Below, one piece after another: positions 10,214 through 19,426 of a DNA stretch of 64,000 bases (position 1 is the stretch's first letter; each line of letters begins with the position of its first letter). The position numbers were made by a program, and so were the translations under genes. The notes beneath the pieces were generated by a model, which made no database searches, had not been told where the DNA came from, and was given only the letters and a program-made list of their open reading frames with translations. Source of the DNA: an uncultured Lachnospiraceae bacterium (lineage in GTDB: Bacteria > Bacillota > Clostridia > Lachnospirales > Lachnospiraceae); contig CACZQP010000071.1 of NCBI GenBank assembly GCA_902783385.1, positions 2,311 to 66,310 of the forward strand, read 5' to 3'.

Positions 10214-11338
10214 CTACGCGCCGATCTTCTCGTTCTTTCGGTGAATCTCGGGCGCCTCGTAGCGGTCCATGAAGTCATGCCCGAGTATGATCTTCTCTTT
10301 CACGAACTGCAGCGCATCGACCACTGTGTAGACCGATACGAGCCGGTCAAAGGACAGCCCCGGCACAAAGTTCAGCATCTCCATCGGAAAAGCCGAAGAA
10401 AGCAGAATGCAGTCGCCGAACTTCTCCGAATAGTCCATCCTGTCGCGCGGGTGCTGCTTGATCATCACAAGCGCACGTTCACCGCCCACCGCGCCGTAGG
10501 TGTCCACGATATCCCTGAAGAGTCTCTCGCGCGTTTTCAGGTCGCAGAGCGGCTCCGAGAGAATGAGGACGCGCGGGCGCCCCTTTCCCTCCTCCAGCTG
10601 CCTAAGGAGTCCCTCCCGGTCTTCCAGAAACAGCGAAAGCAGAATTTCTTTGTCTTCTTCCGTCAGCGCGTCCGTCAGGCTCTTCCTGGGAAGCTCCACG
10701 TACTTCGGACAGGGATACTTCAGGACCGAGAGATCGTTGACCTCCATGTCGATGCAGTACCGCCCGTACCCGTTCTGGATGAAGATCAGCCCCGTCCGGG
10801 CAATCGCCGCCTTCAGCGCAAAGTGGTCGCGGTTGTCATACCGCGCGGCGTCGAAATTCGCGATGCAGTTGAGCCCGTCCTCCAGCGCATGGTAGCGGAT
10901 CCCTTTGTAATTCAGGTAGTAGCCGATCGGATCCGAGTCACAGAACACGTAAATATCCCTGTACTGCTTTAAGTCGACCGGCACCGCCGGCTCCGTCAGC
11001 TGTCCGAGCCTTTTACTGAACCGGATGCGGCCCAGCAGGTTTCCGATCGCTGATCCCGTATCCTTCTGAAGCGGCGCGAGTTCCTCGTAGGCGGAAGCCG
11101 GCTTTTCCGGAAAGATCACAACCTCGTCGAACAGGGGGCATTTCTCGGCGCGGGCGGGGAGCGATCCGAAGTCATTCGACATCGTGGAGAGCATGAGCGT
11201 CGCGGTATCTTCGGTGCGCGATGCGCCATGTCCCGCAGCACCTGCTGCCGCAGCGTTTTTCCTTCTGCGGTCAAGCTCTTTGAGGCAGGCGACGTATACA
11301 TGATAGAAGGTGTGGCAGATGTAGATTCTCTCCTTCAT
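10214..11338 (-). CDS. Sialyltransferase-like glycosyltransferase (GT52-like)
   Basis: MKERIYICHTFYH start (ATGA overlap with the pseG stop), LEDG motif, KQHPRD (HP motif), PMEML. Confidence 0.75.
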   Translation of the reverse strand: MKERIYICHTFYHVYVACLKELDRRRKNAAAAGAAGHGASRTEDTATLMLSTMSNDFGSLPARAEKCPLFDEVVIFPEKPASAYEELAPLQKDTGSAIGNLLGRIRFSKRLGQLTEPAVPVDLKQYRDIYVFCDSDPIGYYLNYKGIRYHALEDGLNCIANFDAARYDNRDHFALKAAIARTGLIFIQNGYGRYCIDMEVNDLSVLKYPCPKYVELPRKSLTDALTEEDKEILLSLFLEDREGLLRQLEEGKGRPRVLILSEPLCDLKTRERLFRDIVDTYGAVGGERALVMIKQHPRDRMDYSEKFGDCILLSSAFPMEMLNFVPGLSFDRLVSVYTVVDALQFVKEKIILGHDFMDRYEAPEIHRKNEKIGA

Positions 11339-12429
11339 CCGATGCCTCCGCTGCCGTATCCGCACACGGCTTCCATCAGGCGCTTCGCCAGACGTGCCGC
11401 GCCTTTTCCGTCCTCTGTCTCCTGCATTTTCGCGCTCATTTCTGCCAGAGCTTTGCCATCCCGCCCCACAGCGCCTACCAGTGCCGCCCTTAGGGCGCGA
11501 AGGAACTTTTCCCTGTCCCTGCAGTCACCGGCATATTCCATCAGGCCCGCTTCCGCGAAGGAGCGCGCATTCCGGATCTGGTTATCGGCCGTCACATAGC
11601 ATATCGCGGGCGTCCCGCACGCGCACAGCTCGTGCAGTGTGGAACCCGCCGCCGAGACCGCGAGGTCGCAGCTTTCGATCAGTTCCTTCATCTTATCCGT
11701 ATGCGGAAGGAGCGCGATCCGGCCGCTCTTTTCCGCAATTGCCCGAAGTTCCCTGACCTGTGCCGCGTCAAGGAGCGATCCGCTAAGGATCCGGAAACGG
11801 ATGTCCGCAAGCGCCGGCTCTTCATCGATCATCCCGGCGATCGCCGTCAGAATTCTCTCCGTGTCCGCGCCGCCGCATGTGACGAGCACATTTTTTACGC
11901 CGTCAAAGCGCCTTGCCCCGCAGTCCGCAAACACTTCCCGAAGGGGCGTAAAGGAAGGACCCAGATACCATTCCCGCGGATATTCCACGCCGCTTTCCCG
12001 GTAAAGCGCCCGGTAGGTCTCCTCCGCCGCGTACAGGTTGTAGTTGATGATCCCATCTGCGGGATAGGGAAAGGCCGCCAGATCGTCAAAATAGACAAGT
12101 CTCGCCTTTTCCCGAAGTGCCTGCATAAAGCCCGCCGTCACGTCGTAGCTGTCGAGGATGACCGTGCATCCATCCGTCTTTGCAAGAAAAGTAAGAAAAG
12201 CGCCTTCTTTTTCCGCTGCTGCCGCATCTTCCTTGAGCAGCCTGCAGGGGATGCCCGCGGCTTCTATCCGGTCAGCCGCCGCCCTGCCCGCCGTCACGAA
12301 CAGGCAGTGCGCGCCCTCTTTCATGAGCGCCTGCGCAAGGGAAATACACCGCATCACATGGCCGCTCCCGATCGCGGGACCTGCATCCGCCCGGAATATG
12401 TAATTGTCTTTATGTGACATTTGTGTCAT
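11335..12429 (-). CDS. pseG: UDP-2,4-diacetamido-2,4,6-trideoxy-beta-L-altropyranose hydrolase
   Basis: FRADAGPAIGSGHVMRC, LDSY, FDD, GGAD, SAAGSTLHE, ADNQ. Confidence 0.88.
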   Translation of the reverse strand: MTQMSHKDNYIFRADAGPAIGSGHVMRCISLAQALMKEGAHCLFVTAGRAAADRIEAAGIPCRLLKEDAAAAEKEGAFLTFLAKTDGCTVILDSYDVTAGFMQALREKARLVYFDDLAAFPYPADGIINYNLYAAEETYRALYRESGVEYPREWYLGPSFTPLREVFADCGARRFDGVKNVLVTCGGADTERILTAIAGMIDEEPALADIRFRILSGSLLDAAQVRELRAIAEKSGRIALLPHTDKMKELIESCDLAVSAAGSTLHELCACGTPAICYVTADNQIRNARSFAEAGLMEYAGDCRDREKFLRALRAALVGAVGRDGKALAEMSAKMQETEDGKGAARLAKRLMEAVCGYGSGGIG

Positions 12430-12491
12430 ATATCAACAGTTCCCCGCTGTCTGCTCCGTCAGGTGACACCGTCTTTTCCAATGGCCGTCAG

Positions 12492-13535
12492 TCAGAGCCC
12501 TTCTGCGATGTCCGACGCCTGAAGCGGTGTTCCGAACGGAATATCCCGCGATGCTGTCTTTCCCGAAAGGAGCGTATCGTAATACCTTGTGTGCAGGCCG
12601 GATGCCGGGCGGATCGACCGGACGTTTTCCGCCGTGAAGGGTTCTCCCTTCCGGATGTCCTTTACGGCGAAGAGGCTCCGCCGGATCCGGAGGCTCTCCG
12701 CCTCCTCCGGGGACGGCCCGTAGTGCACGGACCCGAGCGATTTCTCCGCGCGGCGAATGTCCTTCACCAGCTGTGCGAACTCCTCCGCACTCAAGGAAAA
12801 CGCGCTGTCGACCGTCTTGTCCTCCGATGTCAGGCACATGTGCTTCTCGATGACCTGCGCGCCGAGCGAGACGGCGATGATCGCCGCCGCGGTGCCCTCC
12901 GAGTGATCGGAGAGTCCGACCGGCACGCCGAAGCGCTCCCGCATGTCCGGTATCGTCCTTAAGTACATCGTATCCGGATCCGACGGATAGGCGCTGCAGC
13001 ACTTGAGCAGCACGAAGTTTTCGTTTCCCGCCGCGCGGATCGTCCGCACGGCCTCGTCGATCTCCTCCCGGGTACCCATGCCGCAGGAGACGATCATCGG
13101 CTTTCCCGTCTGCGCAACGCGCCGGATCAGGGGGATATCGATCAGCTCAAAGCTTGCGATCTTGTAGCACTCGATCCCCGCCTGTTCCAGGAAATCCACC
13201 GCCGTGAAGTCGAACGGCGTGGAGAGAAAATCCATTCCCTCCGCGCGGCATGCATCCATAATGGGACCCGTCCACTCCCACGGCGTATAGGCTTTTTGAT
13301 AAAGATCGTAGAGATACTCGTTCTCCCACAGGCCCTTCCCCAAAAGGAACGGCTCCGTATGCGAGTTAATCGTGATCGTGTCGGCCGTATAGGTCTGGAT
13401 CTTCAGGCAGTCCGCGCCGGCCTTCGCCGCGGCATGCACGATCGCGAGCGCCTTGTCGAGGCTCCCGCCGTGATTCCCGCTCATCTCCGCAATAATATAG
13501 GTCTTTCCCTGAGAAAGGTAATTGTCCAGCTTCAT
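12492..13535 (-). CDS. pseI: Pseudaminic acid synthase
   Basis: IIAEMSGNHGG, KIQTYTADTITI, YTPWEW, KIASFE, GLSDHS, IEKH, and a C-terminal SAF domain (RRSLFAVKDI). Confidence 0.92.
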   Translation of the reverse strand: MKLDNYLSQGKTYIIAEMSGNHGGSLDKALAIVHAAAKAGADCLKIQTYTADTITINSHTEPFLLGKGLWENEYLYDLYQKAYTPWEWTGPIMDACRAEGMDFLSTPFDFTAVDFLEQAGIECYKIASFELIDIPLIRRVAQTGKPMIVSCGMGTREEIDEAVRTIRAAGNENFVLLKCCSAYPSDPDTMYLRTIPDMRERFGVPVGLSDHSEGTAAAIIAVSLGAQVIEKHMCLTSEDKTVDSAFSLSAEEFAQLVKDIRRAEKSLGSVHYGPSPEEAESLRIRRSLFAVKDIRKGEPFTAENVRSIRPASGLHTRYYDTLLSGKTASRDIPFGTPLQASDIAEGL

Positions 13536-13557
13536 GGATGATTTCCCCTTGCACACT

Positions 13558-14298
13558 TTACGGCTGTGCCGCTTCCCGCTTCGCCTGCTCCTGCAGATAC
13601 CGGTATTTCAGCTCCGCGAGCTCTAAGTCCTGCGGATTGTCGATGTCCTGTACGCGAAGCTCCGGAAGCTCGATCCCCGCCGTGTTCTCCCCGACCAGCA
13701 CGCCTGTCCGAAGGAAGGGTGCGGTCCTGAAAAAGTAAAACTGTCCGCAGTCGTGATAAATCGTCTCCAGGTCCTGGGAGCGCATGTCCCTGCACTCCGG
13801 CCGCTCGTAAGAGAGCCTTCCGCCGCGCATGATCATCCCCCGCTGCGGCGGGAAGGAAAAGGCCACGACCGGCATGACAGTGTCCGCGCCGCTCTCTGCA
13901 AGGAGAACCGCCGCCCTTTTCAGCACGTCGCCCGTCAGGAACGGAGCCGTCGGATAGATGCAGCAGGCCGTTTCAAAGACTCTCCCCTCCTGCGCATAGC
14001 ACCGGAGGACTTCCCGCAGTACGTCCGAAGTCGTCGCGTTGTCGTCGGAATTCTCCGCCGAGCGCATAAATGGCGTTTTTGCGCCGCAGGCGCGCGCGAC
14101 CTCTGCGATCTCCCCGTCGTCCGTCGACACCATGATCTCCGAAAACAGTCCGCTCTCTGCGGCCGCCCCGATCGCGTAGGCGATCATCGGCTTTCCGCAG
14201 AAGGGCGCGATATTCTTGTGGGGAATACGCTTGCTTCCGCCGCGGGCGGTGATCACCGCAAGGCAATTCCGGCTGTCCATATCTTCTTTACTCATCAT
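13558..14298 (-). CDS. pseF: Pseudaminic acid cytidylyltransferase
   Basis: ITARGGSKRIPHKNI, CCIYPTAPF, RSQDLE..YHDCGQFY, VQDID. Confidence 0.92.
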   Translation of the reverse strand: MMSKEDMDSRNCLAVITARGGSKRIPHKNIAPFCGKPMIAYAIGAAAESGLFSEIMVSTDDGEIAEVARACGAKTPFMRSAENSDDNATTSDVLREVLRCYAQEGRVFETACCIYPTAPFLTGDVLKRAAVLLAESGADTVMPVVAFSFPPQRGMIMRGGRLSYERPECRDMRSQDLETIYHDCGQFYFFRTAPFLRTGVLVGENTAGIELPELRVQDIDNPQDLELAELKYRYLQEQAKREAAQP

Positions 14299-15433
14299 TC
14301 CTTATCGGTCTCTTTCTCCCTGCCCGGATGTCGCGGTATGCCCACAGCAGGCGATAGTACAGGTAAAACGCCAGGTGAAAACGCTGCTGGAGACGAATCA
14401 TGCGCTTTTCCTCCGGGTCCATCCGCTCCTGATAATACGGATTTTCCTGAAAGTCCGGAAATGTCTCCCTCATCTCCCTGCCGAGACGCTCCGTAAAACC
14501 GAAGCGGTTCCGGATCCCCCGTCCCGCGCGCATGACAGTGAACAGGGTATTGCCGTAAAACAGCACTGTAAATGCATACTCCAGCTCCGGACGGTATTCA
14601 TCAAAGTATCCCTGCCGCCTGGCCTCCTCCAGCATCAGGCGGGCCGCTTCCTTTCGGTCCTCCATGTTCTTTTCCGAGAAGTTGTGCACCGTGGATGCGT
14701 CGTGCTGCAGGTAGTAATACATCGGCTCCTGCAGGTAAACGAAGCGCTTCGCACGCAGCATCCAGCTCTTGCAGACCGCGTTGTCCTCGTAAAAGATATC
14801 CTCCGGAAACACGGCAAGTCTTCCGCGGTCCTCTTCCAGCTCCGCGATCTTGTGCGCCCGCTCGTCCTCCGCGGAGAGCGCGGCAAAATTGGCCTTACGC
14901 CTCACGCCGAGGATCAGCTCCCGCCGGTAGATCTTCACGACAAGGCTTCCGGAGTCCAGAATTAGGCTCCGGTACTTTTCCGCATCGAGCTCCCCGGCCT
15001 GTTCCGGCCTGTTGTTGTGCACGACCTGCCCGCATTCCATCGTATGGCGGTCCACGAGGCAATAGTCACAGCCCGCCATGTCTGCTCCTTCGCGCTCCGC
15101 CGCCGCAAGGAGCTTTTCATAGAAATCCGGCATCACCCAGTCATCCGCGTCGATAAAACCGATCCACTCGCCCCGCGCCAGAGAAAGGCCCGCGTTCTTC
15201 GCGCCGCCCTGGTGATGGTTCACCGGACAGCAGACCGCCGTGAAGCGGTCGGGAAACTCCGCGGCATAGCGCCGCAGGATCTCCGGTGATTCGTCCGAAG
15301 ACGCATCGTCCACCGCAAGAATCTCATAGCTTTCCGCGGGCAGCGTCTGTCCGATGAGGCTTTTTAAACAGTATTCCAGTTTTCCGCCGGCCGCCATGTT
15401 ATAGACCGGCACGATGACGCTGAGTTTTACCAT
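14288..15433 (-). CDS. GT2 glycosyltransferase
   Basis: LSVIVPVYN, VDDASSD, FIDADD, FYED. Confidence 0.9.
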   Translation of the reverse strand: MVKLSVIVPVYNMAAGGKLEYCLKSLIGQTLPAESYEILAVDDASSDESPEILRRYAAEFPDRFTAVCCPVNHHQGGAKNAGLSLARGEWIGFIDADDWVMPDFYEKLLAAAEREGADMAGCDYCLVDRHTMECGQVVHNNRPEQAGELDAEKYRSLILDSGSLVVKIYRRELILGVRRKANFAALSAEDERAHKIAELEEDRGRLAVFPEDIFYEDNAVCKSWMLRAKRFVYLQEPMYYYLQHDASTVHNFSEKNMEDRKEAARLMLEEARRQGYFDEYRPELEYAFTVLFYGNTLFTVMRAGRGIRNRFGFTERLGREMRETFPDFQENPYYQERMDPEEKRMIRLQQRFHLAFYLYYRLLWAYRDIRAGRKRPIRNDE

Positions 15434-15508
15434 TTTTCCAAATCCCGCGCACAGAAACAGAGCCGTCTTTTCAGCCGGCCTTTTTCTCCTGTTGTCGGAC
15501 TATCACAA

Positions 15509-17998
15509 TTATACAGGATTTCCGCTTGTTTTTGGGATATTTTGCTGATTTTCGGACTTCCTTGCCATATGCCCGAAATAGAGCTTTGTGAAAAGCACAA
15601 GCAGCACCGTGAGCGAAAAAAGCTCCGCCGCCCGCCAGTACCAGGGCTCATGGAAAAAGACCCGCACGAACCCGGTAAAACCGGCCGGGACCATCACCCG
15701 CACCCGGTTGTTGTCGCCGGGAAACGCGTCCTTCCACCAGGCTTTCCCGCTCTGCGGGTAGAACATTGCCCGGTAGCCCCGGTAGCACCAGAGCGGAAAA
15801 TCCGCCGCCGTCTCCTCTGCTGACCGGCTGATGATGGCCGCATAGATCGTCGTTCCGCTCCGATAGGACAGATGCGCCGTCACGGCATCGTCATAGGTCT
15901 CGATCTGGGTCTGCGCGAACGCGCGCTGGGGATCGCTCCCCTCAATGCTGTATTCCCAGTAAAACCGTCTGCTGTCAAAGGCTTCCGTGTCCATCGCCTC
16001 GAAGCTTTCCGCGTACCGGACAAAGAGCCGGTCGTACTGCATCGCCTGCAGGAAAGCCATGCCAAGCAGAACTATGCCTGCCGCGGCACTGATCCTGCGC
16101 GCGGTAAGCGCTGCCTCCCCGGATCCGGAGATCTCCAGACCGTCACTGCCCTGCGTCTTTGCGGCTTTATCAGCCCGCGGCACCGCAAGCGCCGCAAGGC
16201 ACAACACCGCCAGGTACGCGGCAAGGATCCCCGCCAGGATCATATATCGCCACGGGTAATCGATCACGGAGAAATACTTTGTGACAGGACCGAGAGACCG
16301 CCTCGTCATGATCCGGTAAAATCCGTTGTCCATCGTCAGGTAGAGCGAGAGAAGAAGCAGGAGCGTGACGCGGACCGCCGTCTTCTGCTGCGCGCCGAAA
16401 CGCCTTGTCACGATCAGGAAAAGCGCCAGCACGAGGATCACGAGCGATACCATGCCGAGCGTCCGCGGAATCCCGCCGGTTAAGTCATTCGGCCTGTTCT
16501 CCTCGCTCACGACATCGTATTTCCAGGTAAACATCTGGCGCTTCCCTGCCGCCGTCGAAAGAAGCCTCTCCGGCGAGGACTCGTAGCCCGTCAGTCTCTG
16601 CGTCAGCATGTAATCCGCCATCGGGACCAGGAAGAACAGACAGAGGCAGACTGCCAGTACAACCGCCTTAATCAGCGGAAGCAAAACCTGCTTTTTCAGC
16701 GTCCGCCGGATATCCATCAGGCAGTACAGGATGATGAAGGGTGCAAGAATATATGCGGTCAGGACGTGAGACAGCACAAGGCCGGTGAGTCCGATCGCCA
16801 AGGTGATCCACGCACCTCGAGACGCGTGCTCCGTTCGGATCCCTTCCTCCCCTTCCGCCGTCCTCAGCACGGCGGCTGTACTGTCAGCGCTGCGGTAAAT
16901 ATCCCACAGGCCGAGCAGGATCAGCGGCAGGAAGACCACGCCGCCCAGTTCGCCGAGCGCCGCATGGGTATAGGCGTTCGAAAGCCTGTAGATAAACAGG
17001 CAGTGGAGCGAAGACCCGACCACGGCGATGGGCCTGCTGCCGGACATCCTGCGAAACGCCGCATAGCCGAAAACATAGGTGAGCGTGTTGACCAGAAAAT
17101 GATAAAACTTATAGGCCGTCTGAAGGGAATATCCAAGGAGATAGAGCAATGCGGACGGATAAAGCAGCAGATCCGGATAAAACACACCGACCGCATCCCC
17201 GTATCCGCCGCCCCAGCCGGGCTGAATCTTCACAGGAAATGCGCCGCCGGACAGTCCCTCCGCCAGATAGGCGATCCGCTGGATCTGGAACTGCATGTCG
17301 AAGCCGTAATATATACCCTCTTTGACAAGAAGCGGGTACATTGCCGCAAAGAGCGTCAGGGCATATCCGCCCAATGCCAGTGCGTTTTCCTTCAGCCATT
17401 TCTTTGCCCACTGCGGATGGTGGAAAACCGCATAGAGAAATACCGTGACCAGAATACAGATCATGATCCTGACGGACAGCTCGTGCCTGAAGGACATCAG
17501 AGGATGGAAGGAGACATCAGCATCCTCGATGGAAAAGGTGATGTCGCCGTTGCGGATCATATCCCCGCTGACCCGGATCTCCTCCGGGATGACGTACTCA
17601 AGGCGGACCCTGGAGTCGCGCTTGACCTGGAAGCGGAACGTCTTTTCGTTCTCCGAGCCGTAGAGCGTCTGCGGCGAGCTCTCCACTGCATTTCCCGGCG
17701 ACGACATGTCGCTGATCGCCTCCACATAGACACCCTTCAGGTTCTGGTTATCTGTGGTGAAACGGAGCTTTACTTCGTAAATGCCGCGCGGCAGATATAC
17801 CGCCTCAGAGACCCATTTCGTTCCGGAGGATAAATCCGCCGGGATCTCCTGCTCCATAGCGGAGATCTGCACATGCTCCACTTCCTGTCCGCGGCGAAGC
17901 ATGACCGCGGCAATCCCGGCGACCAACAGCACCTGGACAAATACGACTGCCCAGAAGATGCGTCTTATGCGGTTTTGTCTCTTTCCCGCGTCGTTCAC
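15509..17998 (-). CDS. Large membrane protein, GT-C/YfhO-like (PTPS-related domain type)
   Basis: RIAYLAEGL...GYG..VGVFYPDLLL, ALGEL, PWRYM, FHEPWYWRAAE. Probable start is GTG 17998 overlapping the yoeB stop (ORF track start 18037). Paralog of 58029-60398. Confidence 0.7.
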   Translation of the reverse strand: MNDAGKRQNRIRRIFWAVVFVQVLLVAGIAAVMLRRGQEVEHVQISAMEQEIPADLSSGTKWVSEAVYLPRGIYEVKLRFTTDNQNLKGVYVEAISDMSSPGNAVESSPQTLYGSENEKTFRFQVKRDSRVRLEYVIPEEIRVSGDMIRNGDITFSIEDADVSFHPLMSFRHELSVRIMICILVTVFLYAVFHHPQWAKKWLKENALALGGYALTLFAAMYPLLVKEGIYYGFDMQFQIQRIAYLAEGLSGGAFPVKIQPGWGGGYGDAVGVFYPDLLLYPSALLYLLGYSLQTAYKFYHFLVNTLTYVFGYAAFRRMSGSRPIAVVGSSLHCLFIYRLSNAYTHAALGELGGVVFLPLILLGLWDIYRSADSTAAVLRTAEGEEGIRTEHASRGAWITLAIGLTGLVLSHVLTAYILAPFIILYCLMDIRRTLKKQVLLPLIKAVVLAVCLCLFFLVPMADYMLTQRLTGYESSPERLLSTAAGKRQMFTWKYDVVSEENRPNDLTGGIPRTLGMVSLVILVLALFLIVTRRFGAQQKTAVRVTLLLLLSLYLTMDNGFYRIMTRRSLGPVTKYFSVIDYPWRYMILAGILAAYLAVLCLAALAVPRADKAAKTQGSDGLEISGSGEAALTARRISAAAGIVLLGMAFLQAMQYDRLFVRYAESFEAMDTEAFDSRRFYWEYSIEGSDPQRAFAQTQIETYDDAVTAHLSYRSGTTIYAAIISRSAEETAADFPLWCYRGYRAMFYPQSGKAWWKDAFPGDNNRVRVMVPAGFTGFVRVFFHEPWYWRAAELFSLTVLLVLFTKLYFGHMARKSENQQNIPKTSGNPV

Positions 17999-18312
17999 TG
18001 TCGCTCTGCTTCCTTCGTTCTGTCGTAATGTGTCCACATGCGCGCCACTTTGACTGTTCCCTGATATCGGATACCCTTAAGAATAACTTCCTCCGTATCG
18101 AAGCTATATACCAGCCTGTGCTGTATATTGATACGTCTAGAATAAAAGCCGCCAAGGTTCCCGACAAGAGCTTCGCATAGAGGCGGATTTTTCAACGGAT
18201 CCTCCCTTAATACTTCCAGTAGCTGTCTTGCCTTCTCTTCGAGACCGGCAGCCTTGAGCAGCTTTTTGTCCTTTTCCGCCTGTTTGCTGAACCGTACAAG
18301 GTACATACTCAC
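17995..18312 (-). CDS. yoeB: Txe/YoeB family toxin
   Basis: FSKQAEKD, PPLCEALVGNLGGFYSRRINIQHRLVY, RMWTHY. Confidence 0.92.
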   Translation of the reverse strand: MSMYLVRFSKQAEKDKKLLKAAGLEEKARQLLEVLREDPLKNPPLCEALVGNLGGFYSRRINIQHRLVYSFDTEEVILKGIRYQGTVKVARMWTHYDRTKEAERQ

Positions 18313-18554
18313 CAGGCCTCATCCGGATCATAAACTTTACCCGTCTCGCGACGCGATTTCAGAATACTTTCTGTCATACCCGGGACCGAGTTTAAATACA
18401 GCGTTTCCTGAATGGCATTCCAATCGTCCTCGGAAATAAGGACTGCATTCTTTCCCCGGCTATTGGTTAACGTAACCGGTGTGGAATTCGCATTGACATC
18501 TGCAAGCAGCTTGTACAGATTGCTTCGCGCCTGCGTTATGCTGATCGAAGTCAT
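18309..18554 (-). CDS. yefM: Phd/YefM family antitoxin
   Basis: SITQARSNL, NAVLISEDDWNAIQETLYL. GTGA overlap with the toxin. Confidence 0.92.
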   Translation of the reverse strand: MTSISITQARSNLYKLLADVNANSTPVTLTNSRGKNAVLISEDDWNAIQETLYLNSVPGMTESILKSRRETGKVYDPDEAW

Positions 18555-18595
18555 GGAACTGCTCCTTTCCCGTATCCTTTTATGTACAGAAGCTT

Positions 18596-19426
18596 TTAAC
18601 TTAACGTCATTATAACGTACGCAAAAACGTGCGTCAATGAACAGTAAGGTCCTTTTCCCGTCCGTTCCATGTCCGGCGCCTCCAGATAAGCAGAAGCTTT
18701 TCCCTCCCGGATCAGGGGAAGGACCATATAATAAAAAGCGTCCTCGTCAAAGCTAATGCGCCCGGTCTCTTCACCGATTTCGTCTGTTGTAAAAAGCGAC
18801 ATGCCGCGCAGATTTACCGTGAGATGCTCTCCCGCCTCCCTCCATGCGGCCCGCGGCAAATTCTGCAGCCTGCAGGGGATGCGGAACGTATTTCCTGTCT
18901 TCACCCCAGTAAACCCGCGCAGCGCATAAAGCGGCCGGATATATGCCTGCATCAACCGGTGGAAGTGTGCGGGCAACTCCTGCGGGGTGGAGCCGTACCC
19001 CCTGCAGACCTCCAGCACGCTTTTCGTCAGACAGGAGAAATCCTCCGCCTCCGGGTTCCACAGATACCGCCCTCTCGCGACACGAAGATAAATCACTTCG
19101 CCGTCCGGATCTTCATAGGGCAGGTAGATGCTTCGCTCCGCGCAGTCTTCAGGCGCCAAAGGGGCAGGGAACGGCGCGGCCGCAGAATCCCCCGGGCTTC
19201 CGGAATGATTCCGCTCTCCCGTGCCCTCTTCTCCTCTTATCAGGATCCGGTACGCCTCATTGATGATCTGCGCCCGTTGCATAAGGAGCTTCCTTCGCGC
19301 GTCGTCGTGCCGGATCGTCTCGTCCGGATGACACAGACGGATCTGCTCATGGTATTTCTTTTTAATGATATCGCCGCTGTCCCCGCGATTGATGTGGAGG
19401 ACAGCGGCGGCTTCTGTAAGTGTCAC
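18596..19426 (-). CDS. J-domain (DnaJ-like) protein with unknown C-terminal domain
   Basis: TLTEAAAVL...IKKKYHEQIRLCHPD...AQIINEAYRIL. GTG start overlaps the scfB stop (GTGA) after a GGAGAGG RBS. Confidence 0.8.
   Translation of the reverse strand: MTLTEAAAVLHINRGDSGDIIKKKYHEQIRLCHPDETIRHDDARRKLLMQRAQIINEAYRILIRGEEGTGERNHSGSPGDSAAAPFPAPLAPEDCAERSIYLPYEDPDGEVIYLRVARGRYLWNPEAEDFSCLTKSVLEVCRGYGSTPQELPAHFHRLMQAYIRPLYALRGFTGVKTGNTFRIPCRLQNLPRAAWREAGEHLTVNLRGMSLFTTDEIGEETGRISFDEDAFYYMVLPLIREGKASAYLEAPDMERTGKGPYCSLTHVFAYVIMTLS
18609..18637 (-). promoter_or_regulatory. sigmaA promoter of yefM-yoeB with probable autoregulatory operator
   Basis: Minus strand TTGACG-17 nt-TATAAT. It overlaps AACGTACG and AACGTGCG repeats 12 bp apart, and a TGTACA lies at 18583-18588. 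Confidence 0.8.
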
